Origin: Candidatus Microgenomates bacterium
Lineage (GTDB): Bacteria > Patescibacteriota > Microgenomatia > UBA8517
DNA: 64,000 nt
Assembly (NCBI GenBank): GCA_016784385.1
Contig: JADHUT010000003.1
Location: 2,923 to 66,922 of the forward strand
Direction of reading: 5' to 3'
The position numbers were made by a program, and so were the translations under genes. Below the pieces are notes generated by a model. It was not told the origin of the DNA. It saw only the letters and a list, made by a program, of their open reading frames with translations, and did not search any database. Shown in pieces: positions 1 through 9,565 of this stretch; the first letter of the stretch is position 1; the number at the start of each line of letters is the position of its first letter.

Positions 1-1
1 T

Positions 2-385
2 TAAATCAAATTTCTTTTTTAAATTAAAACTGATCACATCTTTGTTTACGACATTTCTACCTTTTTCATGCAAGTCTAAGATTGGATAGTTAGTACGTAT
101 ATAGTGCGACATTACATTGCCCACTTCTAAAATATCTTTATCTTTATATTTATCTAATATGTCTAGTGCAAGGGGTATTTCAACTACTCTTTCACCTGCT
201 ACGGTCCGATTGTACAGGTGATAAAAATATTTGTATTCTTTTTTATTAAAAGTGAATTTTTTGTGACCACGAAACAATTTGAAATACAAAAAACCCAATA
301 AATCTATAAGTGGTCGAAATATTCCCCCACCTCTAGAGAGTCTTAGTATTACCCAGTAAATCTTGTGTTTAAGTTTATTGTTCAT
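2..385 (-). CDS. Putative SAM-dependent methyltransferase-like protein, 5' part (runs off the window start)
   Basis: Not in the ORF track. Read manually from ATG at 385 (overlapping the fcl stop): MNNKLKHKIYW...ERVVEIPLALDILDKYKDKDILEVGNVMSHY...KKKFDL, open to position 1. ILEVG resembles methyltransferase motif I. Confidence 0.6.
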   Translation of the reverse strand, partial: MNNKLKHKIYWVILRLSRGGGIFRPLIDLLGFLYFKLFRGHKKFTFNKKEYKYFYHLYNRTVAGERVVEIPLALDILDKYKDKDILEVGNVMSHYIRTNYPILDLHEKGRNVVNKDVISFNLKKKFDL

Positions 386-1304
386 TGAACCATTTTATAG
401 TTTCCGACAACCCTTCTTCAAACCCAACTTTCGATTTAAAACCAAATTCCTTGTAAGCTTTACTTGTATCCAACATCCTTCTCGGTTGCCCATTAGGTTT
501 TGTTTTGTCCCAAACAATTTCCCCCCCCAAACCAACTTTACTGCTAATTAATTTAACTAAATTCTTTATTGATATTTCTTTTCCGGATCCAATGTTTACA
601 GGATCTGACTTAGAATATTTCTTCGTTGCCAAAAAAATTGCTCTTGCCGCATCTTTAACATACAAAAATTCACGGGTCGCACTACCATCACCCCAAACAT
701 CCACTTTTTTTTGCCCTGAGTTATGTGCCTCAACAATTTTTTTTATTAGTGCTGGAATTACATGAGACCTTCCCTCATTAAAACTGTCTCCTGGGCCATA
801 TAAATTTACCGGAAGTAAATATATTGAATTAAACCCATACTGCTTCCTGTATGATTGGGATTGTACTAAAAGCATTTTTTTTGCCAATCCATAAGGAGCA
901 TTTGTACTTTCAGGATAACCTTTCCACAAGTCAGCTTCCTTAAATGGAATAGGTGTGTCTTTAGGGTAAGCACATACAGTTCCTAATGCCACAAATTTCT
1001 CAACTTTTGCTTTTCTAGCTTCTTCCATTAATTGAACGCCCATAATAAGGTTGTCGTAGAATAATTCTCCGGGTTTTTTGATATTTAAACCAATTCCTCC
1101 AACCATTGCAGCCAAATGTATCACTACATCCATACTACGAACAGCTCTTTTACAATCTTGGGCTTTTCTATAATCAAATTTGGATTTTTTGTATAAAAAT
1201 AAATTTTGCTTTGGAATTCCGTTTTTTATAAATTCCTCGACCACATATCTTCCCAAAAAACCATCACTCCCTGTTATTAATATCTTTTTATTTTTCAAGT
1301 TCAT
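375..1304 (-). CDS. fcl: GDP-L-fucose synthase
   Basis: GSDGFLG, HLAAMVGGIG, GTVCAYPK, YGLAK, NLYGPGD, SHVIPAL, WGDGSATREFLYV and KPNGQPRR motifs typical of Fcl/WcaG. Confidence 0.93.
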   Translation of the reverse strand: MNLKNKKILITGSDGFLGRYVVEEFIKNGIPKQNLFLYKKSKFDYRKAQDCKRAVRSMDVVIHLAAMVGGIGLNIKKPGELFYDNLIMGVQLMEEARKAKVEKFVALGTVCAYPKDTPIPFKEADLWKGYPESTNAPYGLAKKMLLVQSQSYRKQYGFNSIYLLPVNLYGPGDSFNEGRSHVIPALIKKIVEAHNSGQKKVDVWGDGSATREFLYVKDAARAIFLATKKYSKSDPVNIGSGKEISIKNLVKLISSKVGLGGEIVWDKTKPNGQPRRMLDTSKAYKEFGFKSKVGFEEGLSETIKWFNEQ

Positions 1305-2275
1305 TCTAATGACTCCTTAACCAATATATCCTCAAAAGATTTTCTAGACCACTTGTCTTTTGTTTCTTTTTTACTAATAAAAATTTTTGCGTTATTTATA
1401 TATTGCTCGTGTTCATCTTTGCCCATGCTATTTAGGAATTCTATCAGGTTTTTGTGATTTTTAAATTTTGAAAAATCGACAAAAGTATTTAGAGGAATAT
1501 ATTTACCTATATTTGAGGGGCCCAAGTACACAGGGACACACCTGGCCACGAAACAATCAAATATTTTTTCTGTAATATATCCAGGGCTTGAAGAATTCTC
1601 AAAACATATGCAAAACTTGTATTTAGATAGTTTTTTGATTTTATCTCCTCTGTATTTACCTTTATAAGATTTTGAACTAATATCCCATCCTTTGCCGTAT
1701 AGGTCAAAATCGTCCTCAATATACTGAGACAATAAGTGGGCAATTTTATACCTTTGATCTTTTTGCCACAAAACAAACAGTTTATATAAAAATATAGATT
1801 TTTTGTTGCTGTTTATCATTACCAACAACTTTTTTTTAGAAAACGGTTTTTGTTTTACCACTTTTTTATCAATATCTTGTGGAAAGAAAAATTTCTTGTA
1901 TTTAGGATCTCTTTTGAAAAAGAATTTGTCATTCCAAGTGTAAATTTTTTTGAAAAATAAATGAAATAGTTTTATGTTATTTATAGGATTTGCAATAGGT
2001 GATTCGAAAGTAAATAAAATATTTTTCTTACGATTTTTAATCATTGTATATAGTGTTTTGAGCTCCCAGGGATAAGGTATGTCACAATAAAAGTAGTATT
2101 TAGGATTTTTAATCTTATCAATTGTATTAATTTCAATACCCTTTTCTTGCAATTTTCGCCTTAACCCATAGAAGGGGTTGTGTGAAACTTTGTGGTCAAA
2201 TATTTTATTCTCTAAAAACATTTTCCCATAATATGGCTTTATTGCTATCTCTATCTTTTTATTTATTCTTCTCAT
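1301..2275 (-). CDS. GT10 family (alpha-1,3/4-fucosyltransferase-like) glycosyltransferase
   Basis: YKFCICFENS...GYITEKIFDCF...VPVYLG is the GT10 signature; coupled to fcl. Confidence 0.85.
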   Translation of the reverse strand: MRRINKKIEIAIKPYYGKMFLENKIFDHKVSHNPFYGLRRKLQEKGIEINTIDKIKNPKYYFYCDIPYPWELKTLYTMIKNRKKNILFTFESPIANPINNIKLFHLFFKKIYTWNDKFFFKRDPKYKKFFFPQDIDKKVVKQKPFSKKKLLVMINSNKKSIFLYKLFVLWQKDQRYKIAHLLSQYIEDDFDLYGKGWDISSKSYKGKYRGDKIKKLSKYKFCICFENSSSPGYITEKIFDCFVARCVPVYLGPSNIGKYIPLNTFVDFSKFKNHKNLIEFLNSMGKDEHEQYINNAKIFISKKETKDKWSRKSFEDILVKESLE

Positions 2276-3096
2276 ATTATTCCCCTACTTCTAAAAAAAT
2301 CAAATATCGCAATTCTTGATTTTGCTGGCATCCAAAGTGTCACAAACTGGGCCAGGTTATAGACTACATCATATACTCTTGGGGTGTAACCATGTTTTTT
2401 TATTGCATTAAGCTTTATACTAAAGCCTAATTTTTCTAAATATTTTAAATCATATTTACTCAACGAATCAGGTAGTACTCTGTAACCAAGAAGATATTTA
2501 TCTATACTAGCAAAATTGTACTTACTGCCCAGTTTAAACCAAAGGTCTATATCTTCGCACGGAACTTTTTCTTCATCATAACCACCAAATTCTAAAACTG
2601 CACTCTTTTTAAACATAACAACAGGGTGGGCGAAGGGGCTATATTTAAACATGACTCTTTTCAAATCAGCAGATTTAGTTGGGTAATCTCGCTTTGAAAT
2701 TTTTTGATCATTCTCGTCAATAATTTCCATATTAGCGCCAACAATAGCCAACTTTTTTCTTTTAGAAAGTAGTTTATATTGAATTTTTAATCTTTCTGGC
2801 GAGGAAATGTCATCGGCATCCATTCTTGCTATAAAATCTGCTTTCGACAATTTGATACCTCTATTTAATGTTCCAGCAATATTAAGGTTTTTTTTATTTC
2901 TATACACTCTTATTCTGGAATCTTTTTTTGCATAGCTCCAGGCAATTTGTCCTGTTTTGTCATTGGAGCAATCATCTATTATTATTAATTCAAATTCGGA
3001 AAAGGTCTGTTGCAACATACTCTCAATCGCTTGCGCAATAAAGCTTTCAGCATTATGAGCAGGCATTACCACTGATATTAAAATCTTATTGGCCAT
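2272..3096 (-). CDS. GT2 glycosyltransferase
   Basis: ISVVMPAHN, IDDCSND, RMDADD and EDIDLW motifs. Confidence 0.92.
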   Translation of the reverse strand: MANKILISVVMPAHNAESFIAQAIESMLQQTFSEFELIIIDDCSNDKTGQIAWSYAKKDSRIRVYRNKKNLNIAGTLNRGIKLSKADFIARMDADDISSPERLKIQYKLLSKRKKLAIVGANMEIIDENDQKISKRDYPTKSADLKRVMFKYSPFAHPVVMFKKSAVLEFGGYDEEKVPCEDIDLWFKLGSKYNFASIDKYLLGYRVLPDSLSKYDLKYLEKLGFSIKLNAIKKHGYTPRVYDVVYNLAQFVTLWMPAKSRIAIFDFFRSRGII

Positions 3097-3923
3097 TGGT
3101 GTTGAAAGTGTAACTTATTAAAAAATATATATTTATACTTAAAAAAGAAAAAAAACAAAAGATGCTTTATTTTTGAAGTAAATATCATATTACTGTTGAA
3201 CATAATAAATCTAATATAAAAAACTAAATAATCAATGTTTTTCAAAAAAATTGGAAAACTAACGTCTTTTGAAATTTTGTCCAAAACTTTTCTTTTAAAA
3301 AAAGTGATCTCAGGTAAACAACTTATATCTTTAGCAATTTCTTCAATTCTGGAAAAAACAACTCCGTCAATTACCATATAGTGGTACAGCTTCAAATAAT
3401 TAGGACCATACAAGCAATTCAGCATAAAGTAAAAAGCATCCAACTCTTGATTTGTTACAGTAATTTTCTCGTTACCCTTGCCTATCTTCTGAACATATTT
3501 TAAAGTTTGTTGGTAGTTTAATATTTTCCTACCAGCCACTAAAATATCAGCTCTGGGTTCAATTTTGTTGTAGCCCTTTTTTGTACAAATATATTTGTAC
3601 TTACTCTCCTTAATATACAAAAAGCCCAACTTTTCTAGCTTCATAACGAATTTGACCACATCTTTCCTTTTTAAAACAAGATCAATGTCATTATCAACAA
3701 TTTCAGGAACATGTTTGAAGGTCTTAAAAAGAATAGGTAAAACTCCAATTTCTTTTGAAACCATTAATATAAGCGTTTTAGTTTTTGAGTATTTACTGTT
3801 TAGAGAATTACCAACAGAAACCACACTTTTAGAAAACTTATCATTTGTTCTATCAATATTTTTGGCATAAAAATAGGCCATGTTATTTTTCAACAAATAT
3901 TTGTAAAGTTTTTTTCTATTCAT
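3078..3923 (-). CDS. Putative nucleotidyltransferase-fold protein
   Basis: FKT...DNDIDLVL resembles the DxD motif of the pol-beta NTase superfamily; otherwise not recognised. Confidence 0.5.
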   Translation of the reverse strand: MNRKKLYKYLLKNNMAYFYAKNIDRTNDKFSKSVVSVGNSLNSKYSKTKTLILMVSKEIGVLPILFKTFKHVPEIVDNDIDLVLKRKDVVKFVMKLEKLGFLYIKESKYKYICTKKGYNKIEPRADILVAGRKILNYQQTLKYVQKIGKGNEKITVTNQELDAFYFMLNCLYGPNYLKLYHYMVIDGVVFSRIEEIAKDISCLPEITFFKRKVLDKISKDVSFPIFLKNIDYLVFYIRFIMFNSNMIFTSKIKHLLFFFFFKYKYIFFNKLHFQHQWPIRF

Positions 3924-5127
3924 ATATTTTTTTTACCAACGACTCCGTCAAATCTTTTTCATTTTTTCCATTAGCATCAAGTAAAAGTAAATTGTATTTC
4001 TTCGCCAAATGTTTATATTTTTTGTCGCAAAATTCAAAAAAGTCTATCGTATTTTCCGGCTTTCGCTTTTCTGCAACTTTAGGACTAATAGAAACTACAA
4101 CACCAATATCTGGACTCGATATCAAGTTACCAAAGATACTTGACCCGGAAATATTTAAGTACTTAAAGCTAACCAAGTAATCATATAGGTATCTATCCAG
4201 CAAAAGTATTCTATTTCCTCTAAACAACAATGAAACCAAGTATTGAATATATGAATCTGTAAAGTGAGCTAGTGCCCAAATAAAATTCTTTCCTTTTTTC
4301 TTGACCTTTTTAGTATTTTCCCTTGTTTTTTTATAATAGTTATCATCCAGAACAGGAGGTTTTATAATTTTTACTTTTTTCAAAAACTTAAAAATTACAT
4401 TGTCGTGGTAAAAATGAACAACTTTAGTTTTTATGTTCATTTTTTCGAGTAAATCAGAAAAATTTTTCACCAGTGTTGTCTTACCGGTACCATCTACTCC
4501 AGAAAACGAAATTGTTTTTACTTTATTTAATTTGAGAGCCAGCCTTATATAGAAAACAGATTGGGATAACCCAGCAACATAGATGTAACCCTTTTTGGTT
4601 AATTTTTTGTACTCATCAACTACACCTTTCAAAAATTTCTGGGGAGAGCTTGTCCAACCCTCTGATTTATAGTTTTTATTTCTTCTTATTATGTCTTTTT
4701 CATTTGCATCAACAAAAAATGAAAGTGTTGGCTTGGGGAAGTTTATATACAAAAAGTTAATAAATTTACTGTCAAGTTCTAAGTTTTTTCTAATTGTAAC
4801 TAAATAGTCAACCACATATCTATCTCTGATAATGATTTTATTTTTGAATATCTTTTGATAAAAAATATATTCAATCAAAAATTCTATGTATATAAATAAT
4901 GAATAAAAAAATGCGTAATAATTATTTGTACTTTTTCTGACCTTTTTATCCTCTACATATTGCGAAACATGTTTTTTTCCTAAAAGGAGCTTTGCTGCTT
5001 TTAGAAACAAAAAAGAATCTTCCTTTTTTACGCTAAGTTTTTTATTCTTTAGGACAGAATGTTTTAGTGACTTTCTTATCAAAGTAGTCTTACCAGAACC
5101 TGAACATCCTGAAAATGCAATTATCAT
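3916..5127 (-). CDS. Tandem two-domain thymidylate-kinase-like P-loop protein
   Basis: Two repeats of Walker A plus DRY: SGCSGSGKTT...IRDRYVVDY and SGVDGTGKTT...LLDRYLYDY...PD...AEKRKPE. Confidence 0.8.
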   Translation of the reverse strand: MIIAFSGCSGSGKTTLIRKSLKHSVLKNKKLSVKKEDSFLFLKAAKLLLGKKHVSQYVEDKKVRKSTNNYYAFFYSLFIYIEFLIEYIFYQKIFKNKIIIRDRYVVDYLVTIRKNLELDSKFINFLYINFPKPTLSFFVDANEKDIIRRNKNYKSEGWTSSPQKFLKGVVDEYKKLTKKGYIYVAGLSQSVFYIRLALKLNKVKTISFSGVDGTGKTTLVKNFSDLLEKMNIKTKVVHFYHDNVIFKFLKKVKIIKPPVLDDNYYKKTRENTKKVKKKGKNFIWALAHFTDSYIQYLVSLLFRGNRILLLDRYLYDYLVSFKYLNISGSSIFGNLISSPDIGVVVSISPKVAEKRKPENTIDFFEFCDKKYKHLAKKYNLLLLDANGKNEKDLTESLVKKIYE

Positions 5128-5133
5128 AATAAT

Positions 5134-6267
5134 TTATTTCACTAATTTATTCATTTCGTTTTCAAACATTTTTGTAAAATCAAATTTTTCAGCCAATCTA
5201 ACAGCATTTTCTCTAGTTTCCTTATACATTTTCTTATTTGACATCAATTTTTTCAAACCATCATATAAACCTTCTTCATCCTCGTCCTTTACCACAAAAC
5301 CTGCTTTATATTTTTCTATATCTTTGGCAGTAGACACTATGTCATTCATAACAACTGGCAGCCCACATGCTAAATACTCCCTAACCTTCATTGAGTCACC
5401 AAATTCTGTCCAGGAATTAGTATTTGTGTAAAAAGCTAGCCCTATTGCACTTTTAGACAATATTTTTAAAACTTCACCATGTGGTTTTTTACCTAGAAAT
5501 ATTACGCTTTTTGATAATCCTAGTTTTTTAACCATTTTTTTAAGCGAGTTTTTATATCCACCTTCTCCGATAATGAGAAGTCTAGATTTTTTGAAATTCT
5601 TGTTAAGTTTTTTAAAGGTGTTAAAAATTAATTCATAATTTAGAGAGCTGGTTAAATTACTTACAATAACCAGGTCATGAATATTAATTTCTGAAACAGG
5701 AAATCTTTTTACTTTTTTAAACTCAGGTGTGTTGGGCAACAAAATATTTCTAACTTTTTCTACACCTTGCTTGTTTCGTAAATCTGTAATTTTTGACGAT
5801 ACATTCCATACATAATCAGAGTTCTTGATACAAAATCTATCAAACCAATGATACACCCAGTTTAATGCTTTATTATCAAAGCGTTTGTGAGCATAATCTG
5901 CAGTATAAAATACTGAATTTTTCACTAAACCAATTTTTTTGGATAAAACAGAGAAAAAACCATTAAATGGATCAATTCCTATGAAAACACTCGGCTTTTT
6001 ATCAATTTTAGAAAAAACAATGAAATTGATTGCATAATCCTGAATTCTATGTAGTAAAAATGGAATTTTTTTAAAACCGTAGTTTTTGTGTTTAACCACA
6101 CCACTAATATACTTCTCAACTATACTGTTATCTCCAAAATATAAAGGGTGTTTTATAAACACATACGAAATATTATTATCTTGTAAGTAAGTTTCAATCT
6201 CAGATCCAGTCCCATGAACTGGACTGCCATCTTTGTTAAAAACTGCATGACTTGCTATTACTATCAT
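5134..6267 (-). CDS. GT4 (GT-B) glycosyltransferase
   Basis: LLIIGEG, VIFLG and SMKVREYLACGLPVV. Confidence 0.88.
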   Translation of the reverse strand: MIVIASHAVFNKDGSPVHGTGSEIETYLQDNNISYVFIKHPLYFGDNSIVEKYISGVVKHKNYGFKKIPFLLHRIQDYAINFIVFSKIDKKPSVFIGIDPFNGFFSVLSKKIGLVKNSVFYTADYAHKRFDNKALNWVYHWFDRFCIKNSDYVWNVSSKITDLRNKQGVEKVRNILLPNTPEFKKVKRFPVSEINIHDLVIVSNLTSSLNYELIFNTFKKLNKNFKKSRLLIIGEGGYKNSLKKMVKKLGLSKSVIFLGKKPHGEVLKILSKSAIGLAFYTNTNSWTEFGDSMKVREYLACGLPVVMNDIVSTAKDIEKYKAGFVVKDEDEEGLYDGLKKLMSNKKMYKETRENAVRLAEKFDFTKMFENEMNKLVK

Positions 6268-6279
6268 TATTGTTATTTT

Positions 6280-7080
6280 CTACAAATTTTTTTCATACCA
6301 AGAAACTGTTTTTTTTAATCCTTCCTCAAACGTTGTTCGTGCTTCCCAATTAAGTAAGTTTTCAGACTGATAACTATCATGTTTTATGTTTTTTACTTTA
6401 TCCAAGTCTTCATCTTTATAAACGACATCAAATTCTCTGTCCATTATTTTTTTGAAAGTATCAACCACCTCCAATATCGACAATTCCGTGCCATACAACA
6501 AATCTAAATCTATGTTTTCTGAAACATCTAAGGCTTTATAAATTGCTGTGACTAAGTCATCTACAAACAAGAGGTCTCTCTTTACACTCCCATCGCCAAA
6601 AATATTAACTATACCCTTATCTTTTATGGACACATAAAACTGATAAACTAAACCCTTCTTGTTTTTGGGACCATATACATTAAATGGCCTTAGTATTATT
6701 GTCTTTTTAGCATGCTTTTCTCCCCAATTTTTCACCAGTTTTTCAGCCTGTAGTTTTGTTTGAGCGTAAATATCTGTTGGACTATCGTTATTGGCATGCA
6801 CAGCAAAGGTTGATAGAAATATAATCTTTTTAATATCACAACTAAGGGAACGATTCAATAAATCCTTTGTAAATTCTACATTTGAAGCAAATAATAGTTT
6901 TTCGGGAGGCAAAACTCTACCCGCCAAATGAACCAACACATACACATCTTTTAGAAATTTATCCAAGTCACCGCCTTCAATGAATACCTTGTGTGAAATC
7001 TTGTTTTTTTTAAGCCTACTTATGAAGTGGGAACCAATGAATCCGTCTGCACCCGTAACACCTATTTGCAATTCGCCCAT
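6280..7080 (-). CDS. NAD-dependent epimerase/dehydratase (extended SDR)
   Basis: GADGFIG, HLAG, YAQTK (YxxxK), RPFNVYGP and GDGSVKRDLLFVDD. Confidence 0.85.
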   Translation of the reverse strand: MGELQIGVTGADGFIGSHFISRLKKNKISHKVFIEGGDLDKFLKDVYVLVHLAGRVLPPEKLLFASNVEFTKDLLNRSLSCDIKKIIFLSTFAVHANNDSPTDIYAQTKLQAEKLVKNWGEKHAKKTIILRPFNVYGPKNKKGLVYQFYVSIKDKGIVNIFGDGSVKRDLLFVDDLVTAIYKALDVSENIDLDLLYGTELSILEVVDTFKKIMDREFDVVYKDEDLDKVKNIKHDSYQSENLLNWEARTTFEEGLKKTVSWYEKNL

Positions 7081-7087
7081 ATATTTT

Positions 7088-8092
7088 TTATATCCATTTC
7101 TCTTTTTTAAGTATTTTTTCTAAATCGATTTTAGACAATCTATCTGTATTGTCGGAAGAATAACTATTCTTTGCACTCTTTCTATCAAAGCTCTTATATT
7201 TTTCCACTACTTTCTCAATTTCAATTTGAGGCAAAACTACAAAATAATTATCTTTTTGGACAGTTCTTGAGGATTCATAAGCACCTATTAGGGTTTCATG
7301 TAATTTTTCACCTGGTCTTATACCGATATTTTCGACATTTACTTTATCTTTTGAAAGATTATTACCCATTACATCCACAAGGTCAGAAATTGTGTGTGCG
7401 GGTGCTTTTCTGACAAAAACTTCACCACCTACCCCATCTTCAAGTGCTCTTAAAACCAAATCTACACTTTCAGACAAAGTCATTATGAATCTTGTCATGT
7501 TTGGATCAGTCACAGTTAATGGTTTTCCCTTTTCTATCAAAGACTTAAAAAGAGGAACAACTGAACCACGGGAACCCAACACATTTCCGTACCTAGTGGA
7601 AACAAAAACTGTTCTAGTTTTATCGTCATATAAATTAGCCGTAGTAATTAGTCTTTCTTGAAGTGCTTTTGCCATACCATAAGCATTTACTGGTTCTACT
7701 GCCTTGTCGGTTGAGAGCGCAACAACTTTTTCAACATTTTCGTCTTTTGCAGCTTCAATAATGTTCTGGGCTCCAACAACATTAGTCTTAATTCCCTCCC
7801 AAACGTTATATTCAACCTCTGTAATCCATTTTAGTGCAGCTGCATGAATTACCACATCCACACCCCTCATAACTTGTCTAACGCTCCTGTAATCCCTTAT
7901 ATCTCCCAATACAAATCTAAGTTTTTTGTTGTTTTTGTGGGAAAGCCTCATTTCACCCTGCTTATCTTCGTCTCTACTAAATATTATTACTTCAGAAGGG
8001 CCAAGTTTTAGTATTTCATCAACAAACATTTGACCAAATGAACCAGTACCTCCAGTAACCAATATCTTTTTACCACTAATTGCTTCTGACAT
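7088..8092 (-). CDS. UDP-GlcNAc 4,6-dehydratase (PseB/FnlA/CapD-type)
   Basis: GGTGSFG, SRDEDKQ, HAAALK, STDKA, YGMAK, RYGNVLGSRGSVVP and GIRPGEKLHE. Confidence 0.9.
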   Translation of the reverse strand: MSEAISGKKILVTGGTGSFGQMFVDEILKLGPSEVIIFSRDEDKQGEMRLSHKNNKKLRFVLGDIRDYRSVRQVMRGVDVVIHAAALKWITEVEYNVWEGIKTNVVGAQNIIEAAKDENVEKVVALSTDKAVEPVNAYGMAKALQERLITTANLYDDKTRTVFVSTRYGNVLGSRGSVVPLFKSLIEKGKPLTVTDPNMTRFIMTLSESVDLVLRALEDGVGGEVFVRKAPAHTISDLVDVMGNNLSKDKVNVENIGIRPGEKLHETLIGAYESSRTVQKDNYFVVLPQIEIEKVVEKYKSFDRKSAKNSYSSDNTDRLSKIDLEKILKKEKWI

Positions 8093-8098
8093 AGGTTA

Positions 8099-8107
8099 AT
8101 TATAACA
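8099..8107 (-). promoter_or_regulatory. Extended -10 box (TGTTATAAT), 6 nt before the ATG at 8092
   Basis: Minus strand reads CTGT TATAAT TAACCT ATG; no Shine-Dalgarno. Confidence 0.65.
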
Positions 8108-8189
8108 GAGTAACCAGTACTCACAAAACACAATTTGTCTATTTTACACTTACGACCTCGTGTTATAGAGCTTTAAAAGACGAGAAGAT

Positions 8190-9008
8190 TTACTTTCCAA
8201 TATTCCCTTTTATGTATCCCGCAACCACACCGAACATTTCTATTGCCTTCACAAAAAACATTCCCAAAGATAAAAAGGGATGTGATATCAACTTTTTCCA
8301 TTTCCGGAAAAAAACCGGTCTCAAAAACAAATTTCCCTGCTTAATTGCCATTTCTGGATGCTTTTTAAGGTATACTCCTGCCTTTAGTGAGTAATAAAAT
8401 TTCTTCTTCGCTCTTTTAAATGGAGAGAACTTTTTTTCATTGTGGTGTATAAAACTTTTAACTCTTCCAATTTTTAATCCATCTTTTTTCATTCTGAGGG
8501 GAAGGTCGTAGTCTTCTGGACCAGTTATGTTTTTGTCATAACCCCCAAACTTCAAAAAAACATCTCTTCTGAAAAACCTTGCGGCTTCTATGGATTCTTC
8601 TCCTACATAGAATTCTCTCTCAAAAACTTTGAACTTTGTCCAAAAACCAGTTCCAAACGACTTTTCTGGAACAATAAGTCCCGCTAAATTTTTGTCCTTT
8701 TTAAATTTATTAACACAATCTTTTAAGACACTTGCCTCAAGCTTCATGTCTGCATCAAGAATAATAACGTACTCACCTTTTGAATTTTTTACACCAAAAT
8801 TTCTTTGTATAGATCGTTCTGGACCTTTATTAAAAGTTTTTGCTTTGTATTTTTTAACGATTTCAACAGTTTTATCGGTCGAATTATTGTCAACTAATAT
8901 GATTTCAAAGTTGGAAAAAGTTTGACTTATTAAGCTTTTTAATAATGTTTCAATAACTTCTTCTTCATTCTTGGTGGTTATTACTACAGAAACCAATGGC
9001 TTACTCAT
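8190..9008 (-). CDS. GT2 glycosyltransferase
   Basis: VSVVITTKNEE, VDNNSTD, LDADM and GPEDYD; ATG at 9008 preferred to TTG at 9020. Confidence 0.9.
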   Translation of the reverse strand: MSKPLVSVVITTKNEEEVIETLLKSLISQTFSNFEIILVDNNSTDKTVEIVKKYKAKTFNKGPERSIQRNFGVKNSKGEYVIILDADMKLEASVLKDCVNKFKKDKNLAGLIVPEKSFGTGFWTKFKVFEREFYVGEESIEAARFFRRDVFLKFGGYDKNITGPEDYDLPLRMKKDGLKIGRVKSFIHHNEKKFSPFKRAKKKFYYSLKAGVYLKKHPEMAIKQGNLFLRPVFFRKWKKLISHPFLSLGMFFVKAIEMFGVVAGYIKGNIGK

Positions 9009-9057
9009 ATTTCTTGTCAAATGATACCATAAAGACTATAATCCTCGATATCTCAAG

Positions 9058-9555
9058 ATGAGCATATTAAATAAAAAAATAAGTGTATTTGTTCTACTGT
9101 TTGTTTTTCTTGTTTCTTTCTCGTCAAATGCTTATGCAAAATCACCAAAAGAATATCATCTAATCCCTCAAAAAACTCTCCCAGGCTCAACTTCGTACAA
9201 CCTAAAACGAGTTAAAGAAAAAGTACTAATGGCACTTTCTTTAACTAGTAAATCGAAATTTGAATATGGACAAATATTGGTCGCCAAGAGAATGTCTGAG
9301 CTGGTAAGTATTGTGGAAAATAAAAATATAAACCAAATACCAAACTCGTCCCAAAGGTTTGCTTACCAAGCTGGACTACTTGCAGAAGCTCACGAAAAGC
9401 TAAAAGATAAAAGAATGGACCAAGTGGTAACACAGTTTACAAATCACAAAAAAACTCTTTCAGACCTGAGAGACAACTACCCTTCTAATTCGGCACATTG
9501 GCTGTATATGCAACAAGACATTGACACCCTAGATATACTTATAGACAAGTTATAA
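9058..9555 (+). CDS. Secreted helical protein (DUF5667-like)
   Basis: Signal peptide ending in AYA; LPGSTSYNLKRVKE...A.KRMSEL resembles the DUF5667 pattern. Confidence 0.6.
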   Translation: MSILNKKISVFVLLFVFLVSFSSNAYAKSPKEYHLIPQKTLPGSTSYNLKRVKEKVLMALSLTSKSKFEYGQILVAKRMSELVSIVENKNINQIPNSSQRFAYQAGLLAEAHEKLKDKRMDQVVTQFTNHKKTLSDLRDNYPSNSAHWLYMQQDIDTLDILIDKL

Positions 9556-9565
9556 ACTAATTCAT

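Noticed and set aside
4988-5002. AGCAAAGCT mini-hairpin in the kinase gene, resembling the micro-insertion core
   Set aside because: It has no second hairpin or flanking TAA duplication and is explained by ordinary KAAKL codons.
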